Source: Candidatus Bathyarchaeota archaeon
GTDB lineage: Archaea; Thermoproteota; Bathyarchaeia; Bathyarchaeales; Bathycorpusculaceae
Direction: 5' to 3'
DNA: 64,000 nt
Assembly: GCA_963739305.1 (NCBI GenBank)
Contig: CAVTZU010000015.1
Span: 1 to 64,000 of the forward strand
In this document: positions 40,921-52,200 of the stretch, in pieces
Layout: every line of letters begins with the position of its first letter
How positions within the stretch are numbered: position 1 is the first letter of the stretch
Position numbers and translations under genes: made by a program
The notes under the pieces: model-generated
Seen by the model: only the letters and a program-made list of their open reading frames with translations
Told to the model about the DNA's origin: nothing
Database searches by the model: none

Positions 40921-42135
40921 ATGATCCAGGAAGCGAATTCGAGTAGTCGCGAGTCACGCAATTTTATTCTTCTGTTGATCATTATCTTCTTCACGACTTT
41001 TGCCAGCTCGATGGTGTCAGCTTCGCCAGTACCGTTCTTGTTGAAGAATCTTGCTGTGACAAGAGAAGCTTTCGCATCCTTCATCGGACTCATGGCATCC
41101 ATAAGCAGTGTTGCGATGATAACAGCAAATTTCGCCGGAGGATTCTTGGCAGACAGATTGGGAAGGAAGACCACGATTGGCTTGGGAGCCGGCCTGTTAG
41201 CGCCCAGCCTGTTTGCATACACCATCGCGCCCGGTGCCTTCTGGGTTATCGTCCTGTACTTCGTTCAAATGTTCTCAATTTCTCTGTTTCAACCAGCGTT
41301 CACAGCACTCGTAGCCGACATGAGCCGAGTGAGCTCACGAGGGAAAGCCTTCGGTTGGTTCAACTTGTTCTGGATTGGAAGCGCGATTCCAGGACCACTC
41401 ATAGGCGGACTTCTTGTTGATAATTTGGGACTTCATTTTCCCTTCATCACGGGTGCCCTCGTATCACTCGTCGGGCTGGTCGCCTGTGTTGGCCTAGCTG
41501 GAATTTCAGGCAGGACGGCATCAGCAGAACAGGTCGTTTCTGAAGTGGAAAATGAGAAGAGTCTGATGCCTTTCGGCAAAGTGATACTGATCTTTGGAAT
41601 GGTCGGTATGCTTTCAGGTCTGGCGAGTGGTTTGATTATACCGTTGAGCAGGCTTTACCCGATCGACATGCTGCACGTCACGGCTACTGAGTTAGGTCTC
41701 ATAATTTCACTCGGTTCCGCTCTTGTAACAGCCTTGGTTCAAATTCCAGGCGGAGGATTGACCGACAGGTTTGGAAGAAAGAAGATGATGCTGTTCAGTC
41801 TGTTGGGAGCGCCTTTCGTCGTTGCCCTTGCCTTCACTCATTCCGTCTTCGAGTTCACGCTGGTCTTTTCCGGAATGAGCGGCTTCGGCAACATAAGCGG
41901 TCCCGCCTATTCGGCTTGGCAGATGGAGCTGGTGCCCTGCAGCAGGAGAGCCATGGCCTCCGGGCTCATCAACGCTTTGACTGGAACAGGAATGTTCTTC
42001 GGCCCCTTCTTGAGCATATGGCTCTATCAATCCCAGCCTAGCGCTACTCTTGCGTTTGTTGCAGCCGCTATCCCGTGGGTTCTCAGTATTCCTCCGATCT
42101 TGAAGCTAAAAGAGACCAGAAATTCCACCATATAG
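40921..42135 (+). CDS. MFS transporter
   Basis: GFLADRLGRK and GLTDRFGRK motifs. Confidence 0.92.
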   Translation: MIQEANSSSRESRNFILLLIIIFFTTFASSMVSASPVPFLLKNLAVTREAFASFIGLMASISSVAMITANFAGGFLADRLGRKTTIGLGAGLLAPSLFAYTIAPGAFWVIVLYFVQMFSISLFQPAFTALVADMSRVSSRGKAFGWFNLFWIGSAIPGPLIGGLLVDNLGLHFPFITGALVSLVGLVACVGLAGISGRTASAEQVVSEVENEKSLMPFGKVILIFGMVGMLSGLASGLIIPLSRLYPIDMLHVTATELGLIISLGSALVTALVQIPGGGLTDRFGRKKMMLFSLLGAPFVVALAFTHSVFEFTLVFSGMSGFGNISGPAYSAWQMELVPCSRRAMASGLINALTGTGMFFGPFLSIWLYQSQPSATLAFVAAAIPWVLSIPPILKLKETRNSTI

Positions 42136-42256
42136 AAGTTTCAAACTTGGGTCTCTACGGCCTCTTTCTAAACAGGTGGACTTTGTCCAGAAACGTGATG
42201 GTGCGATGCTCGCTGCCAATGCATACCTGTTTCAGTAATTGAAAAATGGGTTTGAA

Positions 42257-43282
42257 CTACTTCTTCATGTTTCTCGTCATTTTAGCGGCTATCTCGATGG
42301 CCTTTATTGCGTCGCTCACTGTTGCTTGCGGTTGTTTGTGGTGAATAATGCAGTCAATGAAGTGTTCGTCTATTTGGCGATGCCCCCAGATTCTTGCGCC
42401 TTTGACGTCTAAGTCCAATTCTTCGGGCTTCTGGTCGAGTCCGTAAGTGATGATCTTGTTTGTTCCTATCGCATGCAGGACGTTTGTGTTGTCCCCGAAG
42501 ACTTCAAGCCTAGATATGCTCGCAGATGGAGCAACCGAGGCACTATAGTGGAGAGAACCGACCATACCGTTAGACAGCTTGACGAGGCCCATGGTGTTGT
42601 AGCCGAGTATGCCGAGTTTCTCGATTTTTGGGTAGCTCGTCATCCATTCGACTTCGGTTACTTCGGTTCCGAACATCCATCGGATCATGTCGATGGACCA
42701 TACTGAGAGTGTGAAGTCTGGGTATCCTCCGCTCTTTTCGATGTTCCAGGCCCAGGATCCAGGTGGCCATTGTTCGGCTAGGCTTGTTGCGGGAATGAAC
42801 TCGCGATAATGAAGCGCGATTGGCTTTCCGATTTTTCCAGCTTCAACTAGTTCTTTCGTCTTGCCGTATATCGGAGCAAAACGGAAGTTCAGGTCAGGCA
42901 TGAGGAGAACCTTGGCTTTCTCTGCCGCTGACTCGAGTTGCTTCATCTGTTCGGTCTTGGGAGCCAGAGGCATCTCGCACAGTACGTGTTTGCCTTTTGC
43001 TATGGCCTTCATTGAGAGATCGAAGTGAAGAGGTGTGGGTACGGCCAAGACTATGGCCTGAACTTCCTGCTGTTCAAGAAGTGTGTCGTAGTCCAGAAAA
43101 TACTTCACTTGCAAGCGTTCGGCCATAGGTTTCACTCTGCTTTCGACTGTGTCACACAAGGCTACTAAGCTAGAGTCTTCGATTTTCTTGAAGCTCGGGG
43201 CGTGTGCTTGTCCACCGACAAAACCAACCCCGACGACTGCCACGCCGACTTTGGCGGTCATTTTTTCACCGTTGCTTGACAT
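42257..43282 (-). CDS. Gfo/Idh/MocA oxidoreductase
   Basis: GVGFVG, KHVLCEMP, NFRF. Confidence 0.9.
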   Translation of the reverse strand: MSSNGEKMTAKVGVAVVGVGFVGGQAHAPSFKKIEDSSLVALCDTVESRVKPMAERLQVKYFLDYDTLLEQQEVQAIVLAVPTPLHFDLSMKAIAKGKHVLCEMPLAPKTEQMKQLESAAEKAKVLLMPDLNFRFAPIYGKTKELVEAGKIGKPIALHYREFIPATSLAEQWPPGSWAWNIEKSGGYPDFTLSVWSIDMIRWMFGTEVTEVEWMTSYPKIEKLGILGYNTMGLVKLSNGMVGSLHYSASVAPSASISRLEVFGDNTNVLHAIGTNKIITYGLDQKPEELDLDVKGARIWGHRQIDEHFIDCIIHHKQPQATVSDAIKAIEIAAKMTRNMKK

Positions 43283-43466
43283 TCGAAAGTAGCTATTTAA
43301 GTTTGATGTGTACCTTCGAAGAATCGGAAAAGAATTGGAAGGCTGATGCTAATGCTCATGCAGCCTCCAATTGGCAAACTTCCACTTGTTGATATTCAAT
43401 AAATGGGGGCGTTCTGAAAATCCTTATATTGATTTGAGGCGTTTGGGCTAACCTAAGAAGATAACG

Positions 43467-45311
43467 ATGAGTATAGCAAAGCCTCTTCTCGATTATGCTA
43501 AGTCGCTTAAACCGCAGAAGGGTTTCACGCAATCCTTTTCGGCTTTCAAAAGACTTTTGCAGTATCACAGGAGATACCCTTGGCATGTCGCGGCAATAGT
43601 TGTTCTTGCAGTAGTAAGATCCATTCTGTTCTCGCTCGAACCATTGTACACGTCAAATATCATCATCTACGTCATAGGACCCCCGACTAACACCAGTCTA
43701 TTGATGGGCTATCTACTCGTTATCGTTCTGGCCGGAATAGGCTACGCTATAACTAACTTCATTCTGACTTACGTGCACGGGGTAATGTCCCAGTACATAG
43801 TGCGAGACGTAAGGTCTGAGTATTACCGTTCGCTTCAGACCAAATCCTTCAGTTTTTATGATTCTGTAGGGGTTGGAGATCTAACATCAAGAGCCACGGT
43901 AGACCTTCAATTAGTCGACATGTTTCTGAGAACATGGCTGGGCACTGTTCTCAACGCTGTCTTCACAACAATTGTCATCATTGCGATAATCCTCCCGATA
44001 AGCCCGACCATGACCCTGATCTCCTTGGCCACGATGCCGCTCATCTTCTATTTCACAACGCGCCTATGGATAGACACGATGCCCCTCTTCAGAAATATGC
44101 AGTTAATCATGGGAAGATTGACTTCATACATACAGCAAAACATCATCGGAATGAAAACAGTCAGGATATTCCGCCGAGAAAAAGATGTTGTCGATGGATT
44201 CAAACAGGTAGAAGACGTATACGTGAACACGGCAATCACCGCGGGCAAAATACAGTCAATCTACATGCCGCTCGGTCCAGCGCTGCTCACGCTGGGAGCC
44301 GCCCTGGTCTACGTGTACGCAGGAATTACGCTGGGAGTTCCATACTCAGCGTTAGCGGTTGAACAAATTGGTTACTTGATTCTCTTTGTCAGATACATGA
44401 TGAGACTAACGTTTCCCATAAGGGACGCAAGCCAGACTTTGGGGACGTGGATTGCGGCTTATGCGGGACTGGAAAGAGTCCAAGAAATGATAGATGCTCC
44501 AAGAAGCGTTGAAGATATGCCTAACGCCAGGGACGTTAGGATAGAAAAAGGAAAACTTGAGCTGGAAAACGTCACGTTTGGGTACGTGAAAGACAGGCCT
44601 GTGCTAAATAAGGTCACTTTTACGGTGCAGCCAGGTGAAAAAATAGCGATACTGGGTGCAACAGGGTCCGGAAAGAGCTCTCTGATATACTTAATCCCAA
44701 GGTTTTACGACATCCAGGCGGGCAGCATAAAGATAGATGGCACGGACATCCGCGAATTCAAGCTGGCTTCTCTCAGGCGGCAGATAGGCGTGGTGCTGCA
44801 GGATGTTTTCCTGTTTTCTGGAACGATGAGGGAGAATATTGCTTTCGGTAAGCCTGACGCCTCGATGGATGAAATAGTGCAAGCTGCCAAGTCGGCCAGA
44901 ATACACGATTTCATTGAATCCCTTCCATCTGGTTACGACACACCTGTTGGGGAAAGGGGAGTCACGCTTTCGGGAGGGCAGAAGCAGAGAATAACCATAG
45001 CGAGAGCGCTCGTGGGCAACCCGAGGATGCTAATAATGGATGATTCGTTGTCCTTTGTGGACGCGAAGACGGAGCAAGAAATTCAGTCAGCAATAGAAGA
45101 AGCAACGAGGGCGAGGACAACCCTCATAATAGCGCAGAGATTCTCAACGATAAAGACGGCTAAGAAGATACTGGTCCTTGAGAACGGTTCAGTAGGGGAA
45201 TTTGGCACACACGAGGAGCTCATGGCAAAAGATGGCCTCTACAAGAAGGTCTATGAAACCCAATTTGTCCAAAAAGCTTCGCCCATCCTAGGGGAAGCAG
45301 GTGGTTCCTAG
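43467..45311 (+). CDS. ABC exporter, fused TMD-NBD subunit 1
   Basis: GATGSGKS, LSGGQ, degenerate Walker B (IMDDS). Confidence 0.93.
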   Translation: MSIAKPLLDYAKSLKPQKGFTQSFSAFKRLLQYHRRYPWHVAAIVVLAVVRSILFSLEPLYTSNIIIYVIGPPTNTSLLMGYLLVIVLAGIGYAITNFILTYVHGVMSQYIVRDVRSEYYRSLQTKSFSFYDSVGVGDLTSRATVDLQLVDMFLRTWLGTVLNAVFTTIVIIAIILPISPTMTLISLATMPLIFYFTTRLWIDTMPLFRNMQLIMGRLTSYIQQNIIGMKTVRIFRREKDVVDGFKQVEDVYVNTAITAGKIQSIYMPLGPALLTLGAALVYVYAGITLGVPYSALAVEQIGYLILFVRYMMRLTFPIRDASQTLGTWIAAYAGLERVQEMIDAPRSVEDMPNARDVRIEKGKLELENVTFGYVKDRPVLNKVTFTVQPGEKIAILGATGSGKSSLIYLIPRFYDIQAGSIKIDGTDIREFKLASLRRQIGVVLQDVFLFSGTMRENIAFGKPDASMDEIVQAAKSARIHDFIESLPSGYDTPVGERGVTLSGGQKQRITIARALVGNPRMLIMDDSLSFVDAKTEQEIQSAIEEATRARTTLIIAQRFSTIKTAKKILVLENGSVGEFGTHEELMAKDGLYKKVYETQFVQKASPILGEAGGS

Positions 45312-47124
45312 TGTCAGGTTCGTACGGGACTTTCTCGACAAAACAGGAAGAGAGAAGAAAAAGAACCGTCCGTGACCGGGTGTTGATTAGAAGGGTCTAC
45401 GAGTACGCTCAAGCCAACAAACGAAACCTGCAAATCGGCGTTGCCGCCACGATAGCCGGCGCCTTCACCGGCTTAGCTGCCCCCTACATGCACGCGATGG
45501 CCATCGACAGCATCATAACGCCGAAGAACCTTTCGGGCTTCATATGGTGGATCCCCCTGTTCGTCACTATAATTCTAGGCAACTATCTGTTCCAGTACAT
45601 CCAAACCTATCAAATGCGTATAGTGGGAGAAAAAGTTGTTGCAAAGATGCGGGACGACATGATGGAAAAGCTGCAGGTCATCTCCCTCAAGTATTTTTCA
45701 GAAGGTGAAGCTGGAAGAATAATCTCCCGGCCGACCAACGACGCCAACACCGTCAGAATATTCATCAGAGTTGGACTGACGAGCATTCTGGTAGACATCT
45801 CTTCGATACTAGGTGCCTTCGCAATTATGTTCTATCTTGACCTTCGACTGTCACTTCTGGCCATGTCAGTTCTGCCAGTGGCCATAGTGCTGGTCTGGTT
45901 CCTCGGAAAATACTCAAGAGCTGCTTACAGGAGAACGTTAATCACGACTTCAGGGTTGACGGCAAGGTTCCAGGAAGACTTGGCGGGCATGAAAGTCACT
46001 CAAGCTTACGCGCAGGAGAAAGAGACAGAAAAGAAGTTTCTAAAAAGTCAAGACGAAAACGTCAAGGCTACGATTAGAGCCATCCTCATAGGGTCGTCGT
46101 ACACGCCGTTTGTGATGGCACTGAGGCTGGTCGGAACCATGATAATCCTGTTCTTCGGCGTCTACGCTTTGTTGGCCGGAACGATCTCGTTAGGAATTCT
46201 TGTAGCCTTTATAGAGTACCAGTTCTCATATTTCATGCCGCTGGTTGACCTTGTAACGATGTACGACCAGTACCAGTCAGCGATGTCTGCGATTGAAAGA
46301 ATGTTCGATGTTATCGACACGAAAGTCGAAGTCGTGGACGCACCGCCTGAAAGGAGTATCGCATTGCAATGATAGAAGAAGTGAGATTCGAAAACGTAAA
46401 TTTCGCATACGACATTGATGTCCCAATTCTAAAGAACATCAACTTCACCCTGAAGCGCAACATGAAACTCGCAATTGTCGGCCAGACAGGCGCGGGAAAA
46501 AGCACGATAATCAACCTGCTCGCCAGATTCTACGATCCAGGCGAAGGCAGAATCCTCATAAATGGGCATGACATAAGAGACATTCCGCTCGCTTCTTTGA
46601 GAGGTCGCATGAGCACAGTGCTGCAGGACTCGTTTCTTTTTTCAGTTTCCATAAAGGAAAACATAAGGTTCGGGAAACTTGAAGCGTCAGATCAAGAAGT
46701 CGTAGACGCAGCAAAATCCATCGGTGCCCACGATTTCATAATGAAACTTCCCAACGACTACAACTACGTCATACAGGAAGGGTCTTCAAACATATCTATA
46801 GGTCAAAGACAACTCATAAGCTTCGCCAGAACACTACTCGCAAATCCCGAAATCCTAGTGCTGGACGAGGCGACATCCTCAGTTGACGCCTACACCGAAC
46901 TGGTGATTCAAAGAGCTCTAAAGAGACTGATGCAAAACAGAATGACGATAATAATCGCACATCGACTCTCAACGATCAGACTGTGCGACGAAATCCTAAC
47001 GATCGATCACGGCGAAATCGTGGAAAGAGGCACGCATGAACAGCTTATGCGCCAGAATGGGTTGTACAGTTCATTCTACAGACTGCAATTCAGAGAAGAA
47101 ACAGGAGCAGACACATCGCAATAG
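45311..47124 (+). CDS. ABC exporter, fused TMD-NBD subunit 2 (frameshift at ~46369)
   Basis: TMD 45311-46372 plus NBD 46369-47124 (GQTGAGKS, LDEATS). Confidence 0.88.
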
Positions 47125-47230
47125 TCTATGCGGACAATCGAAGAGACAAGCGTGACTGGCCGTGACAAATCATAGTGCATTTTAGTATGGGATACGTGGT
47201 AGAGTGCTTCCGCTTTTTCATAGGTTTATG

Positions 47231-47671
47231 TTAACCCTCTTCGGGAATATAGCGGGGGGTCCACAAATATCCTAGAATGTCTCGTATCTCCTTATCCATG
47301 TAGTTTTCAAGGTTGCGGGCAACATCGTAGGTTGTTAAGACGCCGTGAAGAGTCCCCTCTTTAACCACTGCTAGTCTCCGGATCTCGTGTTTTTTCATTA
47401 TCTTAGCTGCTTCTGTCAGATCCGCGTTCGGATCAATCGTTATCAGGGGTGTCGACATTACTTCGGCGACTCTCACGTTCTTCGGGTCAAGCCCTTTTGC
47501 AGCAACTTTCCAGGTCACATCGCGTTCGGTTACTATGCCAAACGGTTTTCCTTGCCGCAAAACAATAGCGCATCCCTCTCTTTTTTTGTACATATCTAGA
47601 GAGGCTTCAGCAACAGACACGCCTTCTTCAACGGTGACCATGCTTGTTCTCATAGCTTCGGCCGCCCTCAA
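47231..47671 (-). CDS. CBS domain protein
   Basis: GIVTERD, IRRLAV; start trimmed to the TTG after an RBS-like sequence. Confidence 0.88.
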   Translation of the reverse strand: MRAAEAMRTSMVTVEEGVSVAEASLDMYKKREGCAIVLRQGKPFGIVTERDVTWKVAAKGLDPKNVRVAEVMSTPLITIDPNADLTEAAKIMKKHEIRRLAVVKEGTLHGVLTTYDVARNLENYMDKEIRDILGYLWTPRYIPEEG

Positions 47672-47873
47672 AAACTTCCCCTTCCTATTGTTCAGAACAA
47701 CTCGAATACATTCTAGTGAATCCCAATAATTAAATAATACTATGGCCAGCCTAACTCTACTGAAACTTGAGGAGAACTTAAGAGAAGAGCAGCCTACGGA
47801 GTTTGCAAAGTATTCCAGCACTCATACGGCGGTAATGAGCTTTCTTTTCGGTCTCCGCAAACAATACGATCAT

Positions 47874-48683
47874 TTATGCGTCGCAGTGTCGGTTGGTGTA
47901 TCGACCTAGGATTTTCTGCTTTTCTGCCTGAATGATTGGTGGAATCTCAGATAGAGACTGAATAATGTAATCAGGCTGCAAATTCGCTTCTGATCCGATA
48001 CGTTCTTGTATTTCGCTCAGGACTTCTTCGGGGAGGCTCTTCAGGGCGTCGTTGAAATTCGATTTCTCGACTGTTCCTTCGATCATTATGGCAACTCCTC
48101 CGGCTCCCTTCGCAGCCAACACATCGAGTATCAGGTCGCCAACCATGAAGAAATGTGCAACGCCCAGTTTCTTGGCCGCAAACAAGATGCCCTCTGGATC
48201 AGGTTTCAGTTTTCTAACGCTCTCCCGGGTCACCGTGGCATCAAAGAAGCCGCCTAAGCCGTGAATCTGGAAAACGATGGCGACGGCTTCCTTCGAGGTG
48301 TTGGTGACGAGCCCCAACTTCGCTCCAAGTCGTCTAAGGGTTTCAAGCGTAGAGACGCAGTCGGGAAAGAGTTTTGACTTTCTGGCGGAATCAAGCTCGT
48401 AGCGTCTGAGGAACTTCTCCATCTCTCTTTGAAACCGTCTGGTCTCCGCTTTCGTGAAATTTCCTTCAACGTACGCCTCTGCCTTGTTACGCATTATCGT
48501 TGCACGTTCTACTCCTTCAAGAATTTCAGCTGGCACTCCCAGCGCTAACAGTTTTCTTCGCGTATTGCGTCTGAACTCTAAGACGTGTTCATGAATTGAC
48601 CAGGGAGTCTGGACTAACGTGTCCTCTAGATCAAACAACACTGCAAAGTCGCTTGCTGCTTCCGACTTCTTCAGTTTGTTCAT
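47874..48683 (-). CDS. HAD family hydrolase
   Basis: FDLEDT, VTN, KPDP, VGD...D; the upstream ORF extension is tRNA sequence. Confidence 0.88.
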   Translation of the reverse strand: MNKLKKSEAASDFAVLFDLEDTLVQTPWSIHEHVLEFRRNTRRKLLALGVPAEILEGVERATIMRNKAEAYVEGNFTKAETRRFQREMEKFLRRYELDSARKSKLFPDCVSTLETLRRLGAKLGLVTNTSKEAVAIVFQIHGLGGFFDATVTRESVRKLKPDPEGILFAAKKLGVAHFFMVGDLILDVLAAKGAGGVAIMIEGTVEKSNFNDALKSLPEEVLSEIQERIGSEANLQPDYIIQSLSEIPPIIQAEKQKILGRYTNRHCDA

Positions 48684-48765
48684 CTGACAGCCGACTTCTG
48701 TCTCTTGCCTAAAAGCGTTCTGGTTTTCTGCGAAGCCTACGAAAAACGGTTGAATGGATAGTTTG

Positions 48766-48921
48766 TGGTGTGGCCGGCCGGATTTGAACCGACGACCTAC
48801 GGGTCTCTCCGTGGTATGACTGTTCCAGAACTTCCTCATTCCCTCTCCGGTCGGTCGGTGGAAGTCCCTCGACTACACCTCTATCTCCCTTTACCACTTT
48901 CTGGAGCCCGTCGTCATACCT
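48766..48921 (-). tRNA. partial tRNA-Trp(CCA), lacking the first ~16 nt, with a 96-nt anticodon intron (displaced att copy)
   Basis: AGGTATGACGACGGGCTCCAG-[48805-48900]-ACCCGTAGGTCGTCGGTTCAAATCCGGCCGGCCACACCA; no 5' acceptor strand found upstream. Confidence 0.88.
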
Positions 48922-49022
48922 GACTTAATGCTTAGTAATTCTATGATGTTGTTCATTGTTTGGTTCTGGTTGATGGTGTCTTTTGTCTCTATACCATGTG
49001 TTTCTTCTGGTTGGGTGCTCAA
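48891..49022 (-). CDS. candidate int(N) fragment running into the tRNA att
   Basis: 43 aa LSTQPEE...IELLSIKSGMTTGSRKW*; ELLSIKSG parallels ELLRLKTG of int(N) at 10565. Confidence 0.6.
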   Translation of the reverse strand: MSTQPEETHGIETKDTINQNQTMNNIIELLSIKSGMTTGSRKW

Positions 49023-49162
49023 TATTTCGCCTTCCTTATTGGTTGACTTGTTCTTTCTCGGATTGTGACCACTAGGACTTTGATTACTCCTCTTGGGGTT
49101 CGGTAGGTTCCTATGTGGTCAAGGGCTATTATCTGTTCTTCTGGATTCTCGGTTCGTAACAT
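49019..49162 (-). CDS. 47-aa hypothetical protein, coupled to candidate int(N)
   Basis: MLRTENPEEQIIALDHIGTYRTPRGVIKVLVVTIRE...; TGA overlaps the next TTG. Confidence 0.45.
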   Translation of the reverse strand: MLRTENPEEQIIALDHIGTYRTPRGVIKVLVVTIRERTSQPIRKAKY

Positions 49163-49232
49163 ACATTACACATCCATTCACTTTCGTTGCGTTGACGCGA
49201 CGAGAAGGCAATACGCATTTCTAGCAGGGAGT

Positions 49233-49338
49233 CTAGAAGGAAGCTAAGCATAGTTGCAAGATTGGCTTCCGTACGGAATGAGAGACGACTTTTCCTCTTA
49301 AATTTCTAATGAGGGAAATGCCTATGCCTTCGAGGAGA
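49233..49338 (-). promoter_or_regulatory. second copy of conserved element leader
   Basis: aligns with 10390-10496. Confidence 0.75.
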
Positions 49339-49486
49339 TAGTTCATGCGTCATTCAGTTTAGTCGTGGTTTCACGTTTAGCGATCGGGTGTTTGAGTGCC
49401 TGTTCTATTGTATTTTTTGTTCTATTAGTGTTGCACTTCCCGTTTTTCGCGTAGTGAGTGCCTGCGATTGACGCGCGCGCTTGGTT

Positions 49487-50125
49487 TTAGTAGTAGTATG
49501 TTACCAATACAGTTTCAGTTGCGTTGTCAACAGCGTTTGTATTGCCTACTTGGATCTCTATGTTAGCTGGAAGGACTGGGAACCATGCTGAGCCGTTTGA
49601 ACCGACGTTTACTGTGTTATCATATTTGGCCCATCCGTTATACACGTATGAAAGTTCAACGAAGGTATCGTTTGTCGATGAAGAAACATGCACAACGACT
49701 AAACCAGCAACGTCTGCAGAATAGTTCCAAGAAGTACTACTATTGGCTGGTTGACTTACCGCCTCATTTTCCACCCAATCCTTATAAAATCCAAGATTAA
49801 TTTTGATTTCAAGCAACCCCACTTGAGTTGAAATGTTATTCACTTCAGACAATAAGAGCGACATATGAGATGAGTCATAGACGATCGTGGCATTTTGTTC
49901 AGCAAGCTTAAAACTGTCAGCCGCAATCGTTTCGTTCTCAGCTATCACTTGTTCTTGGAGAGTTGTCAATTCAGTGTTCAAGGCGGAAATCGTGTTGTTC
50001 TTATCAGCTATGTAATATGCAAGCGCTCCACCTAAACCAGCTACTAGAATAATGCAGGCTGCTACGAGTGCGATGGCGACACTTCTTCTAACAACTTTCC
50101 TTTCATTGACTTTTGGTTCACTCAT
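49487..50125 (-). CDS. membrane-anchored coiled-coil protein
   Basis: RSVAIAL TM anchor, coiled coil, beta-rich C-terminus ending YYY. Confidence 0.8.
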   Translation of the reverse strand: MSEPKVNERKVVRRSVAIALVAACIILVAGLGGALAYYIADKNNTISALNTELTTLQEQVIAENETIAADSFKLAEQNATIVYDSSHMSLLLSEVNNISTQVGLLEIKINLGFYKDWVENEAVSQPANSSTSWNYSADVAGLVVVHVSSSTNDTFVELSYVYNGWAKYDNTVNVGSNGSAWFPVLPANIEIQVGNTNAVDNATETVLVTYYY

Positions 50126-50324
50126 TCTTGAATCCCTAGTTTGTCTTCTGTTGCTGTGCAGATTAAAGATTTCTGTGTTTGTCGGCTTTGCGTTAACGAT
50201 TCTGAGCCGTCGGCGAAGCGGAACGTCATGGTTGTCAAGTCTCGGGTCTGGTTTTGCAGTCGGTGTGAGAAATCTGATGAGGCTGTTGCGCGCGCAATGT
50301 GTCTCACGTGGCATCAGTGTGAAT

Positions 50325-51128
50325 TCAGGTTGTTTTCTTTGTAACATCGGACTTGAGGAGTCTGTAAGCTGCTATTAGAGTGAATACGATCGCGTAGACG
50401 GCTATGATCAACGACGCTTGGGCAAGGGCTCCAAGGTCACCTGCGGGAAGCACACTGGACGATGTTATCAGTTCACTCATGACAAGCGACGGGAAGTTTG
50501 TTGCTGCCCATGTTGGAATAGCCCGCGTGCTTATGCCATAGAGAAGGGTTAAGATCGGGCTTATGATGTATGAAGCGATAAGTATTGCTAAGGCCAACAG
50601 AATTGCGAGAGTGGTTCCTCTGAAGACTTCGCTGAACATGAATGATAAACAGAAGAAAATGAGAGAAGAATATACAATGGCCAAAAACATTATCGGAGCA
50701 AATTGGAGACCGTTCTGTGCACCAAACAATCCGAGTGAAAGGGCAACGCCTACAAAGGTTATCAAGGCTTCAACCATGGCTAACAAGGAGAATCCGCCCA
50801 AGAACTTCCCAGACATGTACTCAACCCGCGTAATGGGTTTGGAGAGCAATATGTCAGCCGTCCCGTGTTCATATTCTTCAGACATTGAACCGCCGCCAAC
50901 TATGATGGCTATCAACTGAACAAACAAGCCACCTTCCAGCACGCCGGTAATCCACACTAGGGACGCTTCATTCGTCAAGAAACCCTCTGCAAACAGCGCG
51001 TGCATTCCAGCCATTATCAATGTTTGAATTGCTATGGCCAGGATTATGAGGGCAAGAACTTTCTTCTTAGCCAGGGCTCTCCTCCACTCGTACCCAGCGA
51101 TTACAGCGACTCTTCCGAGGGCGTCCAT
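50325..51128 (-). CDS. ABC-2 permease
   Basis: EEYEHGTADILLSKPITR. Confidence 0.9.
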   Translation of the reverse strand: MDALGRVAVIAGYEWRRALAKKKVLALIILAIAIQTLIMAGMHALFAEGFLTNEASLVWITGVLEGGLFVQLIAIIVGGGSMSEEYEHGTADILLSKPITRVEYMSGKFLGGFSLLAMVEALITFVGVALSLGLFGAQNGLQFAPIMFLAIVYSSLIFFCLSFMFSEVFRGTTLAILLALAILIASYIISPILTLLYGISTRAIPTWAATNFPSLVMSELITSSSVLPAGDLGALAQASLIIAVYAIVFTLIAAYRLLKSDVTKKTT

Positions 51129-51129
51129 G

Positions 51130-52068
51130 CTATTGACCTCCTTTTAGAGCTTGGAGATAAGCGTCTTCCAACGTAACCTTACGGAGGGTTAGGCCTAGCA
51201 ACACGCCTTTTTGTTTGAAGATTTCTGAGGAGATTTCGCCCCTCACGTCTTTTTTCTCCTTCAGCTCTATCGATAGCTTGTTTCCGTCCACCTTTACATC
51301 GTTCACGAACTCAAGCGCTTTAAGGCTTGAGACTATGTTTTCGGTTACTTTTTCAAGCTCGGCTTCCACTACCCATTGTTGAGTGAAAGCTTCCAGCATC
51401 TGTTCGATTGGTCCCGTGAAAACGATTTTTCCCTTGTTTATCATTCCTACGTGGGTGCAGATTCGCTGAACCTCGTCCAACAGGTGAGATGAAATAAAAA
51501 TTGTTTTGCCATCCTTTGAGAGTTTAGTGAAAAGGCTTCTGAAGTGAGCTGTGGCCTCTGGATCCATACCTATGGTGGGCTCATCCATTATCAGAACCAT
51601 TGGATCGTTGATAAGGGCAAGGGCCACAGACAGCCTCTGAACCATGCCTTTGCTGTAGTTTCCAATCTTCTTCTTTCCCCATTCTTTCAAACCGACAAGA
51701 TCTAGGAGCTGCTTAGTCTTTTCCTTTCTAGGCTGCATGGGCAACCCGAACATTTTGCCCATAAAGTCAAGCAACTGCTCTGCAGTGAAGAAAGTTTGAA
51801 GTGTTGGAAGCTCTGAAGCATACCCAACAAGTTGGAGCGCGTGAACGGGATCCTTTGAGGGATTTGCGCCAGCTATCTGAACTTCTCCTTGATTTGGTTT
51901 AAGGAGACCCAGCATAATCCTTATAGTAGTTGTTTTGCCCGCCCCGTTTGGTCCAAGATAGCCGTACACACAGCCTTTATCCACTTTGAAGGAAACAGAG
52001 TCCAAAGCCTCGAATTTTCCGTAGTACTTTGTCAGGTTTGAAACGCTCAAAACCGAAGTGGACGCCAA
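51130..52068 (-). CDS. ABC transporter ATP-binding protein
   Basis: GPNGAGKT, YSKGM, MDEPT. Confidence 0.93.
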   Translation of the reverse strand: MASTSVLSVSNLTKYYGKFEALDSVSFKVDKGCVYGYLGPNGAGKTTTIRIMLGLLKPNQGEVQIAGANPSKDPVHALQLVGYASELPTLQTFFTAEQLLDFMGKMFGLPMQPRKEKTKQLLDLVGLKEWGKKKIGNYSKGMVQRLSVALALINDPMVLIMDEPTIGMDPEATAHFRSLFTKLSKDGKTIFISSHLLDEVQRICTHVGMINKGKIVFTGPIEQMLEAFTQQWVVEAELEKVTENIVSSLKALEFVNDVKVDGNKLSIELKEKKDVRGEISSEIFKQKGVLLGLTLRKVTLEDAYLQALKGGQ

Positions 52069-52200
52069 AAAGATTACCCAGTTCTTAACTATCTTGCGTA
52101 GGCACGCCTAATAACATTTAGGGTTATCACCTATTCGTTGCTATACCTCTTGCTATTCCGCCGGCAGCGTTGCCTTCCTAATAACAAAACGCGCGCGCTA

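Noticed and set aside
48925-49254. Possible ~310-nt D-loop intron closed by an ATGCTTAG/CTAAGCAT stem, or a permuted tRNA
   Set aside because: No 5' tRNA exon beyond the stem; the interval is better explained by the leader, a 47-aa ORF and int(N)
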